Assembly: GCA_022561215.1 (NCBI GenBank)
Contig: JADFRQ010000004.1
Span: forward strand, 20,820 to 84,819
Length of the DNA: 64,000 nt
Source: Chloroflexota bacterium
Lineage (GTDB): Bacteria; Chloroflexota; Anaerolineae; Anaerolineales; E44-bin32
Reading direction: 5' to 3'
The notes beneath the pieces were generated by a model. It ran no database searches. It was not told where the DNA came from and saw only the letters and a list, made by a program, of their open reading frames with translations. Shown here piece by piece: positions 18,816 to 28,429 of the stretch; within the stretch, counting starts at the first letter, position 1, and each line of letters begins with the position of its first letter. The position numbers were made by a program, and so were the translations under genes.

Positions 18816-19151
18816 CTAGAATTGAAAGCCGGTGCGCATGGGGACGACGCGCCGCACATAATTGACAACAAACTCCTGAAGTTTGTCTTCCATCACGAGA
18901 AAGTCGTCGGAATTTATGACACGCTGCAATGTTTCTTTATCATCCGCCAGAAAACCTGTCAGTCGCAACGGATAGGGTCCGTATGCAGTGTGCCAAGCCT
19001 CGCACATCTTTAATCCAAGGTGTTCCAAAGTGGGGATAAACTCGCCGAGTACATAATGGAAGTAGGCTTCTCTTTTTCCTGGAATTGGATCAAATGTCAG
19101 GAGAAGTTTAACGTCGTCAGGATCGTGGCTGTAACTTTCATCATCAAGCAT
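18816..19151 (-). CDS. Hypothetical protein
   Basis: 111-aa ORF with balanced composition and no overlap with other credible genes. No family recognised. Confidence 0.55.
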   Translation of the reverse strand: MLDDESYSHDPDDVKLLLTFDPIPGKREAYFHYVLGEFIPTLEHLGLKMCEAWHTAYGPYPLRLTGFLADDKETLQRVINSDDFLVMEDKLQEFVVNYVRRVVPMRTGFQF

Positions 19152-19537
19152 AACGAACCTCTTCCACTCGTATAAAGTGCTAACCTTGGGCTCCGGAATT
19201 GCACCATTCTCTCAATAGCATGCTCTGTATCGTGTGTCCGTGGCTCAACAATGGTTGTACCACATTTTGGCACGCCCTCGAAGCCGGTCACGGAACGGCT
19301 ATCGTAAAGCCAATCCGCATAGTAGCGGCGAACTCACACCCTGCCTATTTCTCTACGGCATTCCCGATTCAGACCTCGCTCTCGGCAAGCCATGCAACGA
19401 AGAGCATCCCTCGGTAGTTTCGAAGCGAGCGCTGCATTCACCGCCATCGAATCAAGCGAGTTAGTCAATGATCGCTTTCTCTTATGTGAATCATTATACT
19501 TGCTCCAAAGAAGCAACCGCAATCGAGGGATCGAAAC

Positions 19538-20128
19538 ATGCTCAGCATCGCAATACAAGCCGGCGGACAGTCCTCCAGAATGGGGCGAGATAAAGCGCTC
19601 GTTCCTTTGATGGGAAAGCCCCTCATTGAGCACCTTCTCGAGCGAATCACCGGATTGGGTGATGAAATTCTCATCACAACCAATCGGCCGCAAGATTATG
19701 CCTATCTGGGTTTTCGCACGGCCCAAGATTCCACTCCCGGTGCGGGCGCCCTTGAGGGACTCAAAACTGCACTGCGAGCAGCGCGAGGAGAAAGAATTCT
19801 TGTCCTGGCATGTGATCTGCCGTTTGTGAATAGGGATTTACTAAAACACCTCATTGGCCTGAGTGATCAAGCAGATGTAACGGTTCCCTATCGAAAAGGC
19901 GAGTACGAGCCCTTTTTCGCGATCTACACTAAAACCTGCATATCGGCTATTGAAGAATCGCTGCAGGCCGGAAAAATGCGGATGATCAGCTTTTATCCCT
20001 CGGTAAAAGTTTTGGCATTGGACGAGCAGGAAATGGCAGCATTCGATCCCCTGGGATTGAGTTTTTTTAACGTAAACACACCAGGCGAATTGGCCGATGC
20101 GGAGAAAATGCTTAAGGATCTAGACTGA
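19538..20128 (+). CDS. mobA: Molybdenum cofactor guanylyltransferase
   Basis: AIQAGGQSSRMGRDKALVPLMGKPLIEH and LACDLPF are MobA motifs. Confidence 0.85.
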   Translation: MLSIAIQAGGQSSRMGRDKALVPLMGKPLIEHLLERITGLGDEILITTNRPQDYAYLGFRTAQDSTPGAGALEGLKTALRAARGERILVLACDLPFVNRDLLKHLIGLSDQADVTVPYRKGEYEPFFAIYTKTCISAIEESLQAGKMRMISFYPSVKVLALDEQEMAAFDPLGLSFFNVNTPGELADAEKMLKDLD

Positions 20129-20444
20129 AAAGCCTGGAGCCCCGGGTAGGACCTATGAAACAGGTCAGACATCTAGATGAGGGGGACACCCAGATGCCTG
20201 CCCGTGTGGTTACTATACAGAGAAAAAAAACTATCGTCAAGATGGCATCCTTTCTTGTCAGGCAAATGTAAGGTCAAAGAATTTTTCTCTAGGAAAAGCG
20301 TAATTTTCACCAGAAAATGGTAGTCCTGAGAAGGCTCGTTAAGCGACAGGGTACATGGAAATCCTCGCGAAACCCGGCAAAAAATTTCGTGTAAAACGTA
20401 TACCCCCGGCGAATTACCAAGAGATGCCTGCCGAAACACAATCT

Positions 20445-20885
20445 CTAATTCTGCAACTTGATCTCGTCCTCGAGTTCACTCAAAAACATATCCATTAATT
20501 CCAGGACCTCATCCACTTTTTCGTAGGTGCGCACAACGAGACTCGGTGAGTCGTTGCCCGTAATCATCTTGGATAGCGAAAGTCCTCTACGCGAACAACA
20601 GAATACGCGCTTTTTCTGGCCGAGTGCATAAGCAATTTCGTAACCCACCCCGTGGGAAGGCATACTCACCTCGGCAATCAGCGCATCACAATCATCGATC
20701 CAGGCGATATCGCGTCGGTAAACCGCCTCGGGGTCGATATCGTCAGCGGGCTCCAATGCGTCAGACCTTACCAGGTGTTCCGTGGGCACAATATGTCCTC
20801 TCCTTAGGAGATGGGCGACAATTTTTTCATTGGCCCCTGTTTGATCGCGACCGCCAGTCACTGCACAACAGAAATAGATTTTCAT
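20445..20885 (-). CDS. Nucleoside 2-deoxyribosyltransferase / DNPH1(Rcl)-like protein
   Basis: From the internal Met: MKIYFCCAVTGGRDQ...VSMPSHGVGYEIAYA. This is the Rcl-like pattern (IYFxGxIxGGR, S.GVG.E.G.A). GAAGGTG RBS precedes this ATG. Confidence 0.75.
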   Translation of the reverse strand: MKIYFCCAVTGGRDQTGANEKIVAHLLRRGHIVPTEHLVRSDALEPADDIDPEAVYRRDIAWIDDCDALIAEVSMPSHGVGYEIAYALGQKKRVFCCSRRGLSLSKMITGNDSPSLVVRTYEKVDEVLELMDMFLSELEDEIKLQN

Positions 20886-21219
20886 AAGCACCTTCTGTAT
20901 GATCCCTCCTTCAGACAAAGGAGAAGGTCTATTTTTTTCGCATTGGCCCATATTCGATCAGTACCGCCAGCCGCTGCACAGTCAAGAATGAAGAACGCAG
21001 CAGCCTGCTGTGGGTTCTTCCCAGGAAAAAGCCCGCGATGCAGTTGCTACCCCTAAACGCCGCGACTCGCATTCACCTCCTGTACACTGCTGGGCCAAGT
21101 AGATTTTTCCCACCTAGTTACATGGGTGATAACGACACATTCCATTCTTTGATTGCATTTCAGCGCAACGCATGATCCTGGGCTACCAATTTTCTAAAAT
21201 CATCCCGCGGGACTTGATC

Positions 21220-23772
21220 TCACTCCCGCAGAACTGCGCCAAGCTCCTCTTGCAATTGATCCAAAATTTGGTTGCGCAATTTCGTGATCTCTTTATCTGT
21301 TAGCGTTCTATCCTTCGATTGATAAACGAGGGCGTAGGCCAGACTCTTTCGTCCCTCAGCAATTTGATGGCCGCGATAGACGTCAAAAAGGCGCACGTCG
21401 ACAAGCAGATCTTTTCCGACTTTGCGCATTAGGTTTACCACCGCTTCGGCGGGAAGATCCTCATCAACAACGATGGCCAAATCCTCAAGCACTGGCGGGA
21501 AACTATGGATGGGGACGATGGTTTTTAATTTTGGAGCGCGAGCAAAGATATCTTCGATCCGCAACTCTGCGATCAACACGGGAGCATCAAGCAGGTCATA
21601 CCGTTCTTTCACCAAAGGGTGGAGTTCTCCAAATTCGCCCACTAATTGACCTTCAATCAGAACTTGCGAACTCTTTCCAGGGTGAAATGTTGGATGGTTC
21701 AATGAACCAAATTGTGGCGTTACATCCAGACCTAAAAATAACGCCTCCACGATTCCCTTAAGGTCGAAGAAATCCATCTCGGATGCCCGATCGCCCTGCC
21801 AGTTCTTCGGCGAACGGAGCCCAGTTAGCGCAATCGCCAGCCTAAGTTTTTCCTCAGGAAGGGGCTCATCCTCATTGACCAGATATACCGGGCCGATCTC
21901 AAATAAAGCAAGCCGATCTCTTAGGCGCACATTGCGTTCCACAACCTCAAGAATACTGGCGAGAACGCTGTGGCGCATGACCACACGATCGCTGGCAATC
22001 GGATTCGATAATGTTACGAATGGATGATCATCAGAATTTGCATTCTTGGGGAATCGACGGCCTTCTTGATCTATCGACGTTAGCCGATAGGTAATCACTT
22101 CTTGCAATCCCAGGTTCACGAGCAAATCGCGCAGGTGTTCTTCAAGGTCCAAGGCTGGATTCCCGTATTGCGGCGGGATGGTATCTGCAATCTGCGATTC
22201 AGGTATTTTGTCGTATCCGTAAATGCGCGCGATCTCCTCCATGAGATCTGCTTTTCCAATTTCTCCTTCACCAATATCGAGCCTGTGATCGGGTGTATGA
22301 ACGCGCAAGTTATCGCCGTCAAGTTCAACGATAAAGTCCAGGCGTTCAAGGATCTCTGCCATCTCACTACCCATGAGGTCGATCCCCAGCCAGCGTTTAA
22401 CGTCTTTCGGGGAAATATCCACGATGGGATCATCAGGCGGAAGCGGATAAGCATCGACCAATCCCTGTGCAATAATCCCACCCGATAACTCCTTCATCAA
22501 ACGTAATCCCGTACGCACCCCGCGCTCGGCCATTGCCGGATGCACGCCTCGAGAGAAACGATAGGCTGCCTCTGATGTAAGGCCTTGCGCAGCAGCGCTC
22601 CTACGAATGTTAATGAAATTCCATGCTGCCCCCTCAAGCAGCACATTTGTCGTATGCTCGCCTACCTCCGATTTTTTGCCTCCCATGATTCCCGCCAAGG
22701 ATAAGGGGCCAACACTATCTGTAACCAACACGTTAAAATCATTCAGCTCTCTTTCTTCACCATCCAGGGTAATTAGTTTTTCATTCGGATGGGCCAAGCG
22801 TGTTAAAATTTTGGGTGGTTTTGAGCTTGCGCGTTCGACGAGGACATCATAATCAAAGGCATGCAGGGGTTCCCCGATCTCCAGCATGGCATAATTCGTC
22901 GCATCCACCACATTATTGATCGGTCGTATGCCGGCGAGTTTCAGTCTGCGTTGAATGTTGTAGGGGCTCGGTTGAATAATGACGCCTTCGATGAGGCCCA
23001 CTACAAAGCGCGGGTTTTGCTGCGGGACAGTAATTTCCAATTCGACGCGGCCTGCTATCGGTTCGCCAGTCCAGACCACATCATAATTCGGCGATTTGAA
23101 AGGCGATGCTGTTAGCGCTGAAATCTCCCTGGCGATCCCGATAATATTGGAAACACGCGCGATATTGGGCGTGATCGCAATGTCCAATACGATATCGCCC
23201 ATGTAGTCCGCCAGCGGCATGCCCGTCGGAGCATCATCATCGAGGATGATAATTCCTTCATGATCCTCGGAAATGCCCAGTTCCTTCTCGGAACAGGCCA
23301 TCGAAGAGGATTCCACACCGCGGATGGTTGCCGGTTCAAGCGTCATGACCTCCCAGCCTGATTTATGGCCATCATACAATCGTGCACCCAGGCGCGCGTA
23401 GGCCACTTTTATTGTTTGATCAAGTGCACCCTGATCTTTAAATTGCATTAAATTGGGGGCCCCGGTGAGCACGACATGCTCTTGATCGCCATCATTCAAT
23501 CGCAGGAGCACCAATCGGTCGGCATTGGGATGCGCCATCACCTCCAGCACTTCCCCGACGACAAATTTATCCTCATCCCATCCCAGCCCCGTGACTTTGG
23601 TTTGCGGGCTATGTTCGCTATCACGATGAAGCCTTGCTGCTTCAGGCATTGGCATGCCCACATAGCGCAGTTCCTCAACCTCCAGGCCGGCCATTATCAT
23701 GCGCCGGACCAGCAGCTCAAGCGGAATGGTGATGTCGACAAAATCTTTGATCCATGAGAGGGGGAAAAGCAT
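21220..23772 (-). CDS. pheT: Phenylalanine-tRNA ligase beta subunit
   Basis: 850 aa with an MLFPLSWIKDFV N-terminus, tRNA-binding, B3/4 and B5 regions, and a C-terminal FDX-ACB-like region. Confidence 0.95.
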   Translation of the reverse strand: MLFPLSWIKDFVDITIPLELLVRRMIMAGLEVEELRYVGMPMPEAARLHRDSEHSPQTKVTGLGWDEDKFVVGEVLEVMAHPNADRLVLLRLNDGDQEHVVLTGAPNLMQFKDQGALDQTIKVAYARLGARLYDGHKSGWEVMTLEPATIRGVESSSMACSEKELGISEDHEGIIILDDDAPTGMPLADYMGDIVLDIAITPNIARVSNIIGIAREISALTASPFKSPNYDVVWTGEPIAGRVELEITVPQQNPRFVVGLIEGVIIQPSPYNIQRRLKLAGIRPINNVVDATNYAMLEIGEPLHAFDYDVLVERASSKPPKILTRLAHPNEKLITLDGEERELNDFNVLVTDSVGPLSLAGIMGGKKSEVGEHTTNVLLEGAAWNFINIRRSAAAQGLTSEAAYRFSRGVHPAMAERGVRTGLRLMKELSGGIIAQGLVDAYPLPPDDPIVDISPKDVKRWLGIDLMGSEMAEILERLDFIVELDGDNLRVHTPDHRLDIGEGEIGKADLMEEIARIYGYDKIPESQIADTIPPQYGNPALDLEEHLRDLLVNLGLQEVITYRLTSIDQEGRRFPKNANSDDHPFVTLSNPIASDRVVMRHSVLASILEVVERNVRLRDRLALFEIGPVYLVNEDEPLPEEKLRLAIALTGLRSPKNWQGDRASEMDFFDLKGIVEALFLGLDVTPQFGSLNHPTFHPGKSSQVLIEGQLVGEFGELHPLVKERYDLLDAPVLIAELRIEDIFARAPKLKTIVPIHSFPPVLEDLAIVVDEDLPAEAVVNLMRKVGKDLLVDVRLFDVYRGHQIAEGRKSLAYALVYQSKDRTLTDKEITKLRNQILDQLQEELGAVLRE

Positions 23773-23851
23773 TGGCTGATCCTTTGATGTTTCAGATTTC
23801 AGATAGCATAGTGAAAATGTTTAACGGGTAATAAGGTGAATCTGTAAATGC

Positions 23852-24340
23852 TTAAGAATTCGATCGATTATCGCTATGCTCAATCAAGACGTCGATAGGC
23901 AAGCGGCCTTCATTGGTAAACTCCGGTTCACTTTTTGTCGAATAACTTTGATCACTCTCTTTTCTCATTTGTGTTTTTTTTTCCCGCAAATAACGAATAT
24001 ACCCATTAAGCATTTGCCTCAAATCTGTTATCTGTTCAGAAACCAAATCGAAACGCTTGGCGGAGATATAGCCGAGATCTTTGGAGATGACCATATGGCT
24101 AAATAGTTCATCAAGAGATCCTCTGGCCTGATAGCAGAATCTAATATTTTCCTAAAAGTAATATCGACCATAACCTTCCGCGATATTGGCAGGGATACTA
24201 ATCGCGGCGCGCCGAACTTGTGAGCGAAGGCCCCACTTCTCATCCTCCGGGTAATTTAGAGTAATCTCGCGGTAGATAAACAGGTTGAGCTGGCGAGCCT
24301 TCTGCCAAGTTTCTAAATTCTCAAGGCTATGCTTACTCAT
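23852..24340 (-). pseudogene. Four-helix-bundle protein (23S rRNA intervening-sequence protein family) interrupted by one in-frame TAG
   Basis: Two track ORFs (24152..24340 and 23852..24094) are in the same frame. Read together they give ...IPANIAEGYGRYYF*ENIRFCYQARGSLDELFSHMVISKDLGYIS..., colinear with the family consensus. The TAG is at 24152-24154. Confidence 0.75.
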
Positions 24341-24405
24341 GAAGACTTCATCGATTTAGATTATTTCCTTTTTCTCTCTTTTCCATTTGTCCTTTTACGC
24401 TTCCG

Positions 24406-25431
24406 TCAAAACTGTTCCAAAAATCGCCAATCGTTTTTCCAGAAGGCGCGAATATCATCAATTTGATGCAGGAGCATCGTGATACGTTCGGGCCCCATGC
24501 CAAAGGCAAAACCAGAAAATTCCGCGGGATCATAGCCTCCGTTTTCAAGAACGGTGGGATGCACCATTCCGCACCCCAGAATCTCCAGCCAACCCGTATA
24601 TTTGCAGACCGAGCAACCCTGACCACCACAAATAAAACATTCAATGTCCATCTCGGCAGAGGGTTCAGTGAAAGGAAAGTGCTGCGCGCGAAAGCGAGTG
24701 CCCACATTTTGATCAAACATTCTCCGAGCAAAGGATGTAAGGGTCCCCTTCAAATCGGCGAAGGTTATGCTGCGGCCGACTGCCAATCCCTCAACTTGAT
24801 TGAATTGAATTTCTGCACGACTGGTAATTTGTTCGTAGCGGTAACACATCCCGGGCAAAATAACGCGAATGGGTTCCGGCGCGCGTGCGCGCATCACATG
24901 AATTTGTCCCGGGGAGGTGTGGGTTCGCAATATCACACCAGGTGTCGTAGTATGGAAGGTATCCCACATATCGCGCGCGGGATGATGCTCCGGCATATTG
25001 AGCAGTTCAAAATTGTATTCATCCAACTCAACCTCGCGCGAGCGGAAAATCTGAAACCCCATGTCTGCCCAAATGGAGTAAATTTTGCGCAGCGTTTGCG
25101 TCGCCGGGTGCAAGCGACCGCGATTAAGTTCTCTTCCAGGGAGTGTAATATCAACTTTTTCGCTGAGTAATGATTTCTGGATGCTCTCCTCACGCAAGGC
25201 CGCGCCGCGCACCGCGAAGGCTTCCTGCAAAGTGTTTTTTAGCTCGTTCACCTTGCGCCCAACGATCGGGCGTTCTTCTTTGGTGAGATCACCCATGTTA
25301 TCCAGGATTTTGCTCAATGCGGCCGAACGTCCCAGATATTGGACCTTCCACGCTTGCAAAGAAGCACTCTCCCCAATTTCTTTGAGATCTGCCAATGCCG
25401 CTTCACCGATTTTTTCGATTTGTTCTTGCAT
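24406..25431 (-). CDS. pheS: Phenylalanine-tRNA ligase alpha subunit
   Basis: Class II motifs (HPARDMWDTF, RTHTSPGQIHVM, FRAQHFPFTEPSAEMD, GCGMVHP). Confidence 0.95.
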   Translation of the reverse strand: MQEQIEKIGEAALADLKEIGESASLQAWKVQYLGRSAALSKILDNMGDLTKEERPIVGRKVNELKNTLQEAFAVRGAALREESIQKSLLSEKVDITLPGRELNRGRLHPATQTLRKIYSIWADMGFQIFRSREVELDEYNFELLNMPEHHPARDMWDTFHTTTPGVILRTHTSPGQIHVMRARAPEPIRVILPGMCYRYEQITSRAEIQFNQVEGLAVGRSITFADLKGTLTSFARRMFDQNVGTRFRAQHFPFTEPSAEMDIECFICGGQGCSVCKYTGWLEILGCGMVHPTVLENGGYDPAEFSGFAFGMGPERITMLLHQIDDIRAFWKNDWRFLEQF

Positions 25432-25467
25432 TGCTACCTCTCTTTATTGGTCCAAATCACACCTGCA

Positions 25468-25752
25468 ATTAAAAAAATACCGTCCCACTAAGGGACGAGA
25501 TAAGTAAACCCGCGGTACCACCCTTTTTGGCCACTAAGAGCCCACTCTGCACCAACGGCTTTGGAAAAAGCCATGGATTCCTCTTCGATAACGGTGAGGC
25601 TCCGGCCCGAACTACTAACCCATCAATGGGAATTCCCCCGGGCAGCTCCGCAGGGAACTTCACCAGGCTTCCTTCGAGCGAGGGTTTCAGTCATTGCCCT
25701 CGCCTCCCTTGCGAATTTCGCCTGGCTACTTTCCTCCATCATAGCCGATTGC
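25468..25752 (-). promoter_or_regulatory. T-box riboswitch leader of pheS-pheT
   Basis: The minus strand reads AAAAAGGGTGGTACCGCGGG (T-box core at 25511-25523). Stem I elements are upstream (TGATGGAGGAAAGTA, AGGGAG, GGTGAAG). A candidate UUC (Phe) specifier lies at 25655-25657 and a terminator hairpin lies downstream. Confidence 0.85.
25471..25500 (-). terminator. T-box terminator hairpin
   Basis: The minus strand reads CGTCCC-ttagt-GGGACG followed by GTATTTTTTT. Confidence 0.6.
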
Positions 25753-25756
25753 CAGC

Positions 25757-25784
25757 ATTATCCATAATTTAGGCGGAATGTCAA
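25757..25784 (-). promoter_or_regulatory. Promoter of the pheST T-box leader
   Basis: The minus strand has TTGACA (25784-25779), a 16-nt spacer, then GATAAT (25762-25757) preceded by TG. Confidence 0.5.
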
Positions 25785-26385
25785 TTCTTACGTTTGTCGA
25801 ACCCTGCGGCCGAATTCATTGCCACTGAGAGGGCGGGGGCATACGATTGGCGCAGATAATACCGCAGGATACGGCACCCTTTCCAATATCCTAAATTTCA
25901 GATACTCCCTGCTTTCCAATGAGGGTTTTATTGCAGCAAGATTGCGCGCAATTGTAAACCTTGCTGAAGGTCGGAATGGTAGCCTGAAATTCGAAAGCTA
26001 GATCAACCTGACTGAAAATATTTTCTTTTCCCACTTTGTAGAAAACCAATAAGACGGTCCAGAATTTTCACTTTCGTGGCAATTGTAAAATCTGAAGTGG
26101 GCGCGTGATAGCCGCATTAGCACGCAGGAAATAGGAGCTGCGCAAGTAAATTCATCCACCTCACAAGATATATTTCTGGGCACAGTAAGGAAAACTCAAA
26201 ATCCATGCTTCTGCAAGCTTCATCAAAACAATGAATTCCTCTTTCGCGGCGCGCTGCAAAGACGGATTGCGCCTGCACGCCTTGCAAACATGAACGTATT
26301 GCCCTATTCGCAAGAGCGACTCCGGAATTAGCTCGCGTCCCAATTCCCTCAAAATAAAAATGTTGGTTCACGGATGGGCTACACT

Positions 26386-26414
26386 TTGCAAGAACTGTTC
26401 TTTACCCGCATAAT
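26386..26414 (+). promoter_or_regulatory. Putative promoter of the ABC transporter operon
   Basis: TTGCAA (26386-26391), a 17-nt spacer, then CATAAT (26409-26414). Confidence 0.4.
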
Positions 26415-26441
26415 TGCAATCCATGCTCAGCGGAAAAATTC

Positions 26442-27383
26442 ATGCCACCGATAATCAGAGTAGAAAATCTAACAAAACGTTACAAAAAAGCCAGGACCAA
26501 TGCATTGACGGCGATTTCTTTTCAGGTTGCGGCCGGTGAGTTTTTCGCTCTTCTTGGCCCCAATGGCTCAGGCAAAACCACAACAATTTCAATCCTCACC
26601 ACCACTTTGTTGCCAACCTCAGGCAGGGTCATTGTGGCGGATCACGATGTCACCCAAGACCCTAGTTTGGTGCGCCAGGAAATTGGTATCATCTTTCAAA
26701 AACCAAGTTTGGACCGCAATTTAACGGCAGAAGAAAATGTTCGCTTCCATGCGTTGCTTTACGGCCTGTATCCGTATCGCCCTTCCTATGGGTTGATGCC
26801 CAAAACGTACAAGGCGAAAGTAGATGAATTGGCCTCGATCCTAGGCATTAACAACGAAATTTTCAACCCCATTAAAACTTTTTCAGGCGGCATGATGCGC
26901 AAGCTTGAAATATTGCGTAGTCTAATTCACCAACCGCGTGTTTTATTTCTTGATGAACCGACCGCCGGCCTGGATGCCAACAGTCGGCGTGCCCTCTGGT
27001 CATACCTGAATGAAGTACGCGAGCAGAAGGAAACCACCATTTTTCTCACTACCCATTATTTGGAGGAAGCAGAACAGGCGAATGCCATTTGCATTATTGA
27101 TCAGGGGAAAGTGGTTTCTTATGGTTCGCCGGAGGAAATTAAGGCCGATCTCATCGAGGAGTACATTCTGATCGATGCGGCTGACCGACCCAAGCTGTTG
27201 GAAGAACTAGACAGGCTTAATGTAGATTATTCTGCGGAGGGCCCATTTCGAATAAAATCCAGGCCTCATCAAGTTCATCAATTGCTCAAGGCCATCGAAA
27301 CTCCGCTCACAATTGTTAGAACCCATGCACCCACACTTGAGGATGCATATTTGGAGATTCTGCAGCGCTCATCATGGAACTAA
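26442..27383 (+). CDS. ABC transporter ATP-binding protein (DrrA/ABC-2 type)
   Basis: Walker A GPNGSGKTT, signature FSGGMMRKL, Walker B LFLDEPTAGLD. Confidence 0.9.
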   Translation: MPPIIRVENLTKRYKKARTNALTAISFQVAAGEFFALLGPNGSGKTTTISILTTTLLPTSGRVIVADHDVTQDPSLVRQEIGIIFQKPSLDRNLTAEENVRFHALLYGLYPYRPSYGLMPKTYKAKVDELASILGINNEIFNPIKTFSGGMMRKLEILRSLIHQPRVLFLDEPTAGLDANSRRALWSYLNEVREQKETTIFLTTHYLEEAEQANAICIIDQGKVVSYGSPEEIKADLIEEYILIDAADRPKLLEELDRLNVDYSAEGPFRIKSRPHQVHQLLKAIETPLTIVRTHAPTLEDAYLEILQRSSWN

Positions 27384-28150
27384 GTGCAATACTCGCCATA
27401 GCCCAACGCGATTTCACCAAACTACTGCGCGATGTCCCGCGCTTTATCGGCTCCTTGCTCTCTCCATTTATCTTGATCGGCGTACTCGGAGGCACCATTC
27501 AATCCATCCAGGGTGATGGGATAGAGTACGACTACATAACATTTGTCTTCACCGGAGTCCTTGCACAAACCCTTTTTTCATCCGCAGCAGCGGGTGTTAT
27601 ATCGCTGATTGAGGATCGGGAAAACGACTTTAGCCAGGAGCTTTTTGTCTCCCCGGTTTCACGCTATTCCATTGTTCTTGGCAAAATATTGGGGGAAACG
27701 CTTGTGGCATTGCCCCAGGGTGTGGCCACGATCATTTTTGGCTTCATCATTGGGGTGCCGATTTCCGCTGCACAACTTGTTGCGCTGTTGCCCGTGATGC
27801 TTGTTGCCGCGCTCCTGGGGAGCGCCTTTGGCCTCGTAATCATGTCAAATCTCAGCAGCGCGCGTACCGTTAATACCGTGATCGGGTTCATCATTTTTCC
27901 ACAGTTCTTTCTTGCAGGTGTATTTGCACCAATTGGCGCATTACCGCCGGCTCTCGAGCTGGCTTCGAGGTTGGCGCCGATGCGCTACGTAGTCGATCTC
28001 GCGCGGGGAATATTTTATTCCGGCTTGCCCGATTCTTCGGCTGTAGTCGTCGATACGCCGTTAACAAATATCATCGTTATCGGCGTATTATTTATTCTTT
28101 TCTTGACAGCTGGAACCTGGCTCTTCGTGCGCAGCGAGCGCAACCGCTGA
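27374..28150 (+). CDS. ABC-2 type transporter permease
   Basis: 258 aa with about 6 TM segments. The start overlaps the ATPase gene stop by 10 nt. Confidence 0.85.
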   Translation: MELSAILAIAQRDFTKLLRDVPRFIGSLLSPFILIGVLGGTIQSIQGDGIEYDYITFVFTGVLAQTLFSSAAAGVISLIEDRENDFSQELFVSPVSRYSIVLGKILGETLVALPQGVATIIFGFIIGVPISAAQLVALLPVMLVAALLGSAFGLVIMSNLSSARTVNTVIGFIIFPQFFLAGVFAPIGALPPALELASRLAPMRYVVDLARGIFYSGLPDSSAVVVDTPLTNIIVIGVLFILFLTAGTWLFVRSERNR

Positions 28151-28429
28151 ACATCCTTGATGCATGAAAAATGTTCACCTGCCTAACGTTTCTACGAGCA
28201 CGCTATTCACGTTAAGCAAAATTCGGTGGCGCAATATTTCTCCTATTGTAAGGGCCACCACCTCTGCTTACACTTAATTGCACATACCCTTGGGATAAGC
28301 ACAACTTCGGCGGAAGACAGAGCTCGTCTTCGAGAGCGGTGCTCTGTACAAAGGCTTCCTTACGAGAGAAAACGACCAATCGTAAAACGTCTTATAGACT
28401 TACTAACCAAAACAACGGAGGAATAGAAC

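Noticed and set aside
20173-20439. 88-codon minus-strand ORF in the convergent gap between mobA and the deoxyribosyltransferase-like gene
   Set aside because: It has no RBS, odd composition and no family resemblance. The 316-bp gap remains unexplained, but I could not support a Moco or other riboswitch there; it lies downstream of both flanking genes.
23852-24340. Stop-codon reassignment or programmed read-through as the explanation for the in-frame TAG/TAA codons
   Set aside because: All well-supported genes in the window terminate at ordinary TAA, TAG or TGA codons at positions consistent with family lengths. The interrupted genes are non-essential accessory genes, so pseudogenisation or sequence error is more parsimonious.
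24463-25170. 235-codon ORF antisense to pheS. Similar long antisense ORFs occur at 39589..40320, 41738..42466, 45331..45902 and 50226..50831.
   Set aside because: Each lies fully inside a strongly supported gene on the opposite strand. They have Arg/Ser/Pro-rich low-complexity composition and no RBS or family signal, which makes them typical shadow ORFs.
25821-25827. GCCACTG, resembling the B12-box of cobalamin riboswitches
   Set aside because: The other conserved cobalamin-riboswitch elements (GGTGnnAAnCC, AGCCAGGAGAC-like 3' part) are not present around it. It lies next to the pheS T-box promoter, 600 nt from the nearest plus-strand gene.
26161-26352. 63-codon minus-strand ORF (MRELGRELIPESLLRIGQYVHVCKACRRNPSLQ...)
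   Set aside because: It has a TTG start with no Shine-Dalgarno sequence, is overlapped by an alternative 84-codon ORF, and has only a CxxC pair and no recognisable family. The evidence is insufficient to call it a gene.
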